32,000 nt of DNA from Candidatus Lokiarchaeum ossiferum (GTDB lineage: Archaea > Asgardarchaeota > Lokiarchaeia > Sigyniarchaeales > Promethearchaeaceae), in the NCBI GenBank assembly GCA_025839675.1, contig CP104013.1, forward strand, positions 3,150,001 through 3,182,000, given 5' to 3'. The notes beneath the pieces were generated by a model, which saw nothing but the letters and a program-made list of their open reading frames with translations, was not told where the DNA came from and made no database searches. Shown one piece after another: positions 17,185-24,000 of the stretch (position 1 is the first letter of the stretch; every line of letters begins with the position of its first letter). Both the position numbers and the translations under genes were made by a program.

Positions 17185-17664
17185 ATTTCAGACAATAAGG
17201 TGATTTCATCACCCCACGTGATATTTTTTCTTGGATTGATTCTAAGAATCGCAAATATGGACAGAAAATAGAAAAAACCCCTATTGGGTGATATGTTCAG
17301 TTTTCAAGCAAATCCCTTCCGCCGCGACACTTTCCTTTTTATCCTAAAAATCGAGAAGAGCTTAATTCTATTAACAAGAATTTAATTTCGAGCGTAAAGT
17401 CTGTTTAAATTCCTCAAATTTTTCGGTTACTCATTTTTTGCCAATTATTTCTCTTTTATTTAAAAAATAAACTTGATTGCTCAATTTATTATGCCATTTT
17501 AGAATAAGTATAAATGATATTTATATCTACATATAAACTGAATTTATACATATCTATATATTATGTTTATTATTGAATGAAATTGGATAATTATATAAGA
17601 CTTAATTTAATTATAATATATTAGAGACGATTAATTTTTCTGACTCTTTTCTAGGTGAATATAA

Positions 17665-17799
17665 ATGTTAAAAAAAGAAAAAAAATTGCAAAGAAAGAAG
17701 CTCAGTGCATTTAAAAATATTAAAGAACTTCTAAAACGAATACTAGCTTATATCGTGTTAAAAAAACTGATTTCCATAATAGAATTGGTTTTGCTTTAA
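17665..17799 (+). CDS. Possible small basic protein (44 aa); speculative
   Basis: The ATG is preceded by aggtga with 8-nt spacing (ctaggtgaatataaATG). It encodes MLKKEKKLQRKKLSAFKNIKELLKRILAYIVLKKLISIIELVLL. A T19 run starts 14 nt after the stop. It is below the ORF-track length cut-off and has no homology support. Confidence 0.2.
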   Translation: MLKKEKKLQRKKLSAFKNIKELLKRILAYIVLKKLISIIELVLL

Positions 17800-17813
17800 A
17801 CCATTTGTGTGAG

Positions 17814-17832
17814 TTTTTTTTTTTTTTTTTTT
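17814..17832 (+). terminator. T19 homopolymer; possible archaeal oligo-T terminator
   Basis: An uninterrupted run of 19 T on the plus strand, right after the motif tgtgtgag. Archaeal RNAP terminates at oligo-T tracts (established knowledge). Function here is inferred. Confidence 0.3.
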
Positions 17833-18171
17833 AATAATTTTTTCTAAATTTTTATTTCTGTCTTAAAAAATTAAAGTGAATTGCTACATTATTGGCTATA
17901 CCAGTGTTTTATCATAAGAATCCACTATGTCGACTCAATCATATCCTAATTTTCCTAAAATTTGACCCAAAAGCATTTTATCAAATCTAAAGTATTTCAA
18001 AATGATTATGCTATTCATATTGACCAAAATCAAATCCCCTTCAGTTTTATAATCGAGCTTGAATTTGATAATCAATATATGACACATGTTGGATAATCTG
18101 AGATTTGAACAAATTTGTAGTTACATATTGCTTGTGATTAATGATTGTTGGGACCAAGTAACTTTTACAAT

Positions 18172-18215
18172 AGAAAGAGGAAATGGCACAGGTGACATGG
18201 ACCTAACTCGCTGAT
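18172..18215 (-). repeat. Degenerate remnant of the tRNA-Asn 3' end plus flank (third att-like copy)
   Basis: agaaagaggaaatggcacaggtgaca (18172-18197) matches agaaagagaaatggcgcaggtgaca at 19744-19768, with one inserted g in the flank and one substitution. Similarity fades over the next ~20 nt (tggacctaactcgctga versus gggatcgaacctgcgac). Confidence 0.6.
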
Positions 18216-18337
18216 TACACTATATCTATACGTAGACGTTTCATTTTCAAAAATAATTTGTAGGACGAATCCATCATTTCATGCATTGACTCCCTTAATC
18301 AAAACTATAAATACACATCCTAACAATTACCTATTAG

Positions 18338-18868
18338 GTGTTTGAAATTCCGAAAGATGATCTCAATCAAGAAAAAGTCGACTACTTAAAAACCGTCTTC
18401 TCCCACAATCGCAGTATGATCCAACTTGCAGACAACAAAGCCAGCATTTTAATCCGAATTATTGTAGTTATCCTCCCAATTATTTTTGGAATCGATTCCT
18501 ACTTAACTACAATTACTCTCCATAATAGCCTAAAAACCTTTCAATATGTTAGCTTTATCATTTGTATGGTTACCTTCATCATTTCATTCTTCTTATCGAC
18601 AGGTGTTCTAATGGCTCGATTTGCTGAATATGATGATCATATCTTCTTTTCAAATATTGAAAAAGATTCCCTTGAAGATTATCAAAATATTATTGAAGAA
18701 ATGGATGATTATGTCATTTTTGAAGATTATATCAAAGAAAATTATGCAATTGCCAAAATCAATAAAAAAAAGTATCAATGCTACAATATTTCCTTTTGGT
18801 TCCTTAATGCTGCGGTACTTTTATTGGTAATTCGATATATCTTATTGTTTACTTACCTTTTTTATTAA
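18338..18868 (+). CDS. Pycsar-effector-like small transmembrane protein (DUF5706/PycTM-type)
   Basis: 176 aa. The N-terminus ...HNRSMIQLADNKASILIRIIVVILPIIFG fits the x-x-AD-x-KA lead-in followed by a TM helix, as in DUF5706. Further TMs are FQYVSFIICMVTFIISFFLSTGVLM and WFLNAAVLLLVIRYILLF. The GTG start has a TATA-like actataaata (18304-18313) ~28 nt upstream, compatible with a leaderless mRNA. Confidence 0.55.
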   Translation: MFEIPKDDLNQEKVDYLKTVFSHNRSMIQLADNKASILIRIIVVILPIIFGIDSYLTTITLHNSLKTFQYVSFIICMVTFIISFFLSTGVLMARFAEYDDHIFFSNIEKDSLEDYQNIIEEMDDYVIFEDYIKENYAIAKINKKKYQCYNISFWFLNAAVLLLVIRYILLFTYLFY

Positions 18869-18890
18869 ATCTCAATTAAATTTTCTTTTT

Positions 18891-19604
18891 TTATGTCTCT
18901 CTCCCACTATACGCAAATATCTTGTAATTTTTCAATTCTTGAAAATTTGACTTCATTTTCCGAAAATATGAACAACAATAAAACGGAGGTTCAATTTCCT
19001 CACAATTATCTTTCTTTTCCTTGGATAGTTGAAAGAAAACATCGTACCCAATGCAAATCGTGATTTTTTCTTTAAAAGAAGCATGCTTTTTTCCAATGGA
19101 TTCTAATCTCTTCGCTGCTATTGCCGGTTGTCCAACTATTATCAGTTGAGATTTATTTTTAATACCTATACGTTCGACTTTTATTGTCCCAAAATCAATC
19201 CCAACTCGAATTTTTATCTCTGGAAACTTCTTTTTATCTATAAAATAAACGAGTAATTGAGAGATATATATAGCCGTTTTTAATGCTTGATCACATGCCC
19301 ACTTACCATTTTGATCAGATGAGCAAAAACTAATCATTGCCCCATCTCCTGTATATTTGTCAACAACTCCACCATTCTGACTTACTTCATTAAATACCAT
19401 ATGTAAAACTGGACTAATATATTTAATAAATTCAATCTCTGAGTATTTTGATGAGTTTGCAATATCAAATACCATAATAGAGGCATTTAAGGTTCGAACC
19501 TCTCCAATCGCTATTTCATCATCATTAGGAAACTTATTGATATTCTTCTTTCCTGGATTTTTTTTCTTATTTATAAAACTATTGAGCAACTGTACATCAA
19601 CCAA
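18891..19604 (-). CDS. Class III nucleotidyl cyclase domain protein (PycC-like candidate)
   Basis: 237 aa. Metal-binding motif 1 is IMVFDIANSSKY (h-h-F-x-D-h-x-x-S/F-T type). Motif 2 is DKYTGDGAMISF (K-x-x-GD-G/A-x-h-x-x-F). Also present is IRVGIDFGTIKVERIG...IVGQPAIAAKRLES (h-R-h-G-h-x-x-G ... G-x-x-h-N-x-A-x-R-h-E type). The TTG start is preceded by gaggag 8 nt upstream. Confidence 0.75.
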   Translation of the reverse strand: MVDVQLLNSFINKKKNPGKKNINKFPNDDEIAIGEVRTLNASIMVFDIANSSKYSEIEFIKYISPVLHMVFNEVSQNGGVVDKYTGDGAMISFCSSDQNGKWACDQALKTAIYISQLLVYFIDKKKFPEIKIRVGIDFGTIKVERIGIKNKSQLIIVGQPAIAAKRLESIGKKHASFKEKITICIGYDVFFQLSKEKKDNCEEIEPPFYCCSYFRKMKSNFQELKNYKIFAYSGRET

Positions 19605-19754
19605 ATCAGAATCTCCTCAGTATAGTTATTCGCTTGCATTTGGAAGTTGAGAATAGAATCACCATGAATTATTGATTAGACAAAGTTGTTGTTAAATGTT
19701 ATGTTTGGATAAAAAATAATTCTGAATGATTGGATATGGCAAAAGAAAGAGAAA

Positions 19755-19830
19755 TGGCGCAGGTGACAGGGATCGAACCTGCGACCTGCCGGTTAACAGC
19801 CGACCGCTCTACCGACTAAGCTACACCTGC
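19755..19830 (-). tRNA. tRNA-Asn (anticodon GUU), CCA encoded
   Basis: The reverse complement folds by hand as GCAGGTG TA GCTT AGTCGGTA GAGC G GTCGG CTGTTAA CCGGC AGGTC GCAGG TTCGATC CCTGT CACCTGC G CCA. All four stems pair and the anticodon loop CT-GTT-AA is canonical. Confidence 0.95.
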
Positions 19831-20029
19831 ACGCCAACTTGTCATTTTCAAAACCAAAAATAACAAGATGTAAAAATCCACATTCATTAAAAATTTTTCC
19901 TCCGCTCCCTCCCACACTTGCGTCACTCCCCGCAACCCCCCAGTATCCCATTTAAACTTTAGGCTCGCGAGTCGTAAAATTTTAAAACTATCGCGGATTT
20001 GATATTTTGTATTTATACATTACAAACGT

Positions 20030-20137
20030 GCCTTCGTAGTGTAGTCCGGTCAAGCATCTCGGGCCTTCAAATCGTTTGAGATAATAGCGATTAGGTAAAC
20101 CCCGATGACCCGTGTTCGAATCGCGGCGAAGGCACCA
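20030..20137 (+). tRNA. Intron-containing tRNA, probably tRNA-Glu (UUC); 30-nt intron at 20070-20099; CCA encoded
   Basis: The acceptor stem pairs GCCTTCG with CGAAGGC. The D-arm GTGT-AGTCCGGTCAA-GCAT is typical of archaeal Glu/Asp tRNAs. The anticodon stem pairs TCGGG (20059-63) with CCCGA (20101-05). The T-arm is CCGTG-TTCGAAT-CGCGG, followed by discriminator A and CCA. 37 nt lie between the anticodon stem halves, giving the loop CCTTCA|intron|C. The intron contains a hairpin (aatcg/cgatt). Position 33 reads C, not U, so the anticodon call is provisional. Confidence 0.75.
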
Positions 20138-20334
20138 CTCCTTTTCATCCCATCTTATCAATATTTCACACTCAAGCGAATTTGAATATTTTTTCTTTAG
20201 TTGACTATTTCCTACCGGATTTAATAAAATTAGATTGAAGGATATGTTATAAGCTGGATGAATTGATTTATGAACAAGGAAGAAAAAGTTATAGCATAGA
20301 ATGAATAATTGGTGAACTCGGAATAATAAGACAG

Positions 20335-21015
20335 TTAATTGACTAAATAAGTGATTTCCCGTAATTTAGGATGGATATATTGGAGTTTTTCATCTTGGAC
20401 CAATGAGATTTTTTTTAAAGAAGGAATATTGAGGAGAGAATCAGGGATATGAGTAATAGCAGTGTATTCGAGCTCTATTTCTTCCAAAGTGTGCAATTGA
20501 TCAATATTATCAGGGAGTTGGGAGAACTTGGGGGATAATTTGATACCGAGATATGTGAGGGAGGGTAAGTACATGAGATCTTGGGGAAGATGAGTAATAT
20601 TACTTGAACTAATACAAAATTTCTGTAAATTTCTTGAGTTTAATCCTAATCCAATTGGTAACTGAGATAAACGCTTACCTCCAATACAAAGAATTCGTAA
20701 ATTTGGTAAATTTGATAAATCTAAGGGAATTTTATTAAGAAAATCATATTCAATTTCAAGAATTTCTAATTTTGGGAACAGATTAGTTATTTTTTGAATT
20801 TCATCTTCAATTCCAGGAATGGGAGAAGAATGATTTCCAAATAAAAATATTTTAGTAATATTATCAAAACTATCTATAGAGAATTCAAAATCATATTCTT
20901 GTTTATTAGCTTCCCACATATCAAATAAATTTTTGAGAAAAATCTGAATTTCGGATGGAAATCCGGAAAAGGGATAGATTTCTTTTGATTCACGGTCATT
21001 TTTTTGCAATGTCAT
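20335..21015 (-). CDS. Leucine-rich repeat (LRR) protein
   Basis: 226 aa with ~6 consecutive LRR units of ~23 aa (L-x-x-L-x-L-x-x-N-x-L-x-x-L/IP). Examples: LSNLPNLRILCIGGKRLSQLP, NLQKFCISSSNITHLPQDL, LPSLTYLGIKLSPKFSQLPDNI, LHTLEEIELEYTAITHIPDSL, IPSLKKISL. Confidence 0.8.
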   Translation of the reverse strand: MTLQKNDRESKEIYPFSGFPSEIQIFLKNLFDMWEANKQEYDFEFSIDSFDNITKIFLFGNHSSPIPGIEDEIQKITNLFPKLEILEIEYDFLNKIPLDLSNLPNLRILCIGGKRLSQLPIGLGLNSRNLQKFCISSSNITHLPQDLMYLPSLTYLGIKLSPKFSQLPDNIDQLHTLEEIELEYTAITHIPDSLLNIPSLKKISLVQDEKLQYIHPKLREITYLVN

Positions 21016-21090
21016 ATTTTCACCATCAATATTATACTTATTACTAAGATAAAGGGGATTCAGTCATCTATCTTATATTGTTCTATATTT

Positions 21091-24000
21091 TTAAACATCG
21101 TGCTTTTTGTTATATTCTTCTAACCAATTTTTGAAATGCAAATGAATCCATGCAAGGTTTAGTTTTTTATTAATGAATTTTTTATTCATTCTAAGAAAAT
21201 TAATCCACCAGGTCAACATTTTAGAATTAATAGCTTTTGGATTAATTTTACCATCTGAAGTTATTATTTCTTCAACATATGAATTGTTGACAATTAATCC
21301 CAATCTTACTTGAATTTCTTTTGCTCCTTTTTTGCTGTTAAACTTCCATTTTTCATAATAAGATGTATCGGATAAATGTCTCAAAGTATCAATTAATGAC
21401 ATCTGTGAAAGACTTAGAGCAACCAATAATTTTTTAAACTGATATCGACTGAGTAAAGGGGCTTTAATTCCAATATATCGCACATTCTGAACAAATTTCT
21501 CATCCTTGGTCTGATTGAAATAAAAACGGCGAGTCGTAGAATCATCATAGGGAATATAAAGCGGGGCAAACCCACAAGCGAGATAGGCCAGCAATTGCAG
21601 TTCCTTTTTCAACGCATAAAGTTTGCCCTTGAATTTAGCCTTAAATCCAAGACATTCTAAAAGAAGCCCCCACAACTGCTTTTTGATTTTAAAGGTGGCC
21701 CCAATATCCAAGATCGCTTTGCGCGTGGTTTTTCCCTTGCCATCACCTTGATCCATCTGATACTTCACATTAATGGAATCATGGCGGAGGATTTTATTGA
21801 AGGTTTCCCGGGCTTGAATGGACCGAAGCGAAGGTTCAATGATCTTGAGATCATCAAGAATATCGCGTTCAAAGAAGGAGTCAGCGATGACTTTGGTCAA
21901 TTTTCCTTCAATGGTAAAGTATCGAGTAAGGAGAGTGCGGCGATCCAGCTGAGCACTAAGTAGTTCCAATAACTGCGAATAAGTGAGAAAATTACCAGAA
22001 AAGGGTTCAATCCCACCTTGATAAAACTGCCGGGTAGCATACCGATGCCAAGTATTGAAGATGGTCCAGTTGCCGCGAAAGAACAGGTGACAAAAAAACT
22101 GCAAAAAGACATCCAATGCCAAGGTTTGTTGCGGAACAGGGCATGAAAAATAACGCGGAGAACGGGTTGGTTTGACAAAGAGAGATTGAGTATCCTTCAC
22201 AGAAAAGAGAGGAGTCGACAAGGAGAGATAGATTTTGAAAAAATCATTAATAATTCCAGTGACAACTGTGGTGGGGCGGTTGGATGTTAAAGATGCAGTT
22301 GATGCAGGAAGGAGAGGAAAGAGGGCAGTAGCGGAATTTTTTTTAGTGGTAGTATTTTTGATCAAACTTCCAAAGGCTTCTGGGGTGCCTAGGCGGAATA
22401 TTTTACGTAAGAGTTCGAAAAACAACAGGAAGGGTTTCCAAAAGGGCAGATGCAAAGGATGACGTAGGTTAGCATATACAGCGGTGGTAATATCGGAGCT
22501 CCCATCACCAAGAGTGGTTTGAATGAGGGATTTTTCAGGAGGGGAAAGAACTCGCCATTGGGGACTAAGGGCAACCAGAGTTTCTAAATTAGCAGAAAGC
22601 CAATCTTGACGAGTATCTGAACGACCAGGCAGCAAATCGTGAAGGGCAGACGATGTGAAAATTTGTTCAAGGATTTGGGTTCGGGTGACAAAACCATAGT
22701 GTTCGAGCAGGAGTCCAGCATGCAGAATGTGATTCACAGCAATCCATAAATCGTGAAGGGGCGGTTTAGTTCGCAATTTAGTGACATAGTTCTGAATGGA
22801 TTTCACAAGATTCCAACGGGCAAGGGTTTTTAGAGATTTGGTACACCATGCGGTACAGGCAACGTAGGCAATATTCCGAACCATGGTATAGACATCTTGG
22901 AACCACCCCATCTGTTGAATTTTATTATGGCGCGACTCCAAGAAGGATTTAAAGGTGAAGCGCGCATCCAGGAGTTCTTTAAGGTATTCAAGATGAGGGA
23001 GAGCATTACTTTTAAAAATGGGAGGGTGAGATCCTTGAGATCCGATAGTGACAGATTGGAATGCAACAGTCCCTGCAATGGAAAGAGGAACGGCAAAATC
23101 GGGAAGAGGTCCATAAGGAGTGGAACTTGAGAGCCTTATTTTCCCAGTTTTCCATTCGTGTAATAAACGGCAAGCTTCATCATAAGGGAGATGGAGGGAT
23201 TCCATAAAATAAGTTAAAATGAGAGCTTCATTGGCAGGATAGGATGTTTCATAGAGAATAACAGGTTGACGACTTGATTTCGCTTGTTGAGAAAGATATA
23301 TATATGGGTGGGAATGACAATAGTGCTGGAAGGCTTTTTGCTTCATGGCTTCAAAATATGCCGAGGGGGAGGTATGAGATTGGGAGCGAAGAGTCTTTTC
23401 CATTAAGGAATGAAGAAAAGTGGAAAGATCAAAGGTTTGAACATCTTCCAAGGTGGACACTCTGGCAAAGGGAGATATCAAAGGTCCTTCGAGGGATTCG
23501 AGGAGAGTTAGGAGTTCAGGATCAGCGGAGGAAGAATCCAGGCAAGGTTCAGCAGGCAGAGAATCATCGGAGGGTTGGGATGGAGAAGACGCGGAGGTTT
23601 TTGAAGGGGAAGGATCGGAAGGGGGAGAAGAGGTGCCAGCGGCAGTGAAATATAAAGATCGAGAAAGAGAAGGAGAACGGGATAACGCAAATGACATCTG
23701 GGGTTGGAAGGTCATATAAGGCATAAAGGGGAGATAGGGAGAATAGAAGGCGATTGCTGTGCTTTCCGATGATTCCTGTAATTCTTCCCATTCATCTTCT
23801 GGGATGGGAGGTTGATAAGTAATGAAACGCATTTTTTGACGTTGTCGTCGTTTATGGGATTGAAAAATGTGTTTTTGACGGATTTTGTGTAAAAAATGTC
23901 GGTAATCGCGCAAAAGGTCCATGAATACTCGAAAGGTGACATGAGTAAGGGTTAATTGGAGGGTGTTAAGAAAAGAAAGTAACTCCTGCGCGGACAAATC

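Larger units (their letters stand above)
3872..19754. mobile_element. Putative integrated element(s) or genomic island inserted at the 3' end of tRNA-Asn (composite, probably decayed)
   Basis: It is bounded by the intact tRNA-Asn (19755-19830) and a same-orientation partial 3' copy (3872-3948), with a third degenerate copy at 18172-18215. The cargo is accessory or defence-type: OLD-like nuclease, SNase, cyclase plus TM effector, serine recombinase, and DUF3800. No tyrosine integrase ORF is visible. Confidence 0.55.

Noticed and set aside
20012-20018. tttatac as the TATA box of the intron-containing tRNA gene.
   Set aside because: It lies only ~12-18 nt from the mature 5' end, too close for the usual archaeal spacing of about -26. 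The alternative ttttaaaa at ~19980 is too far. The promoter is left unassigned.
21724-21750. GDGKGKTT in the giant protein as a possible P-loop.
   Set aside because: The spacing is G-x3-GKT rather than G-x4-GK[ST]. No Walker B or other NTPase motifs follow. The motif is probably fortuitous.
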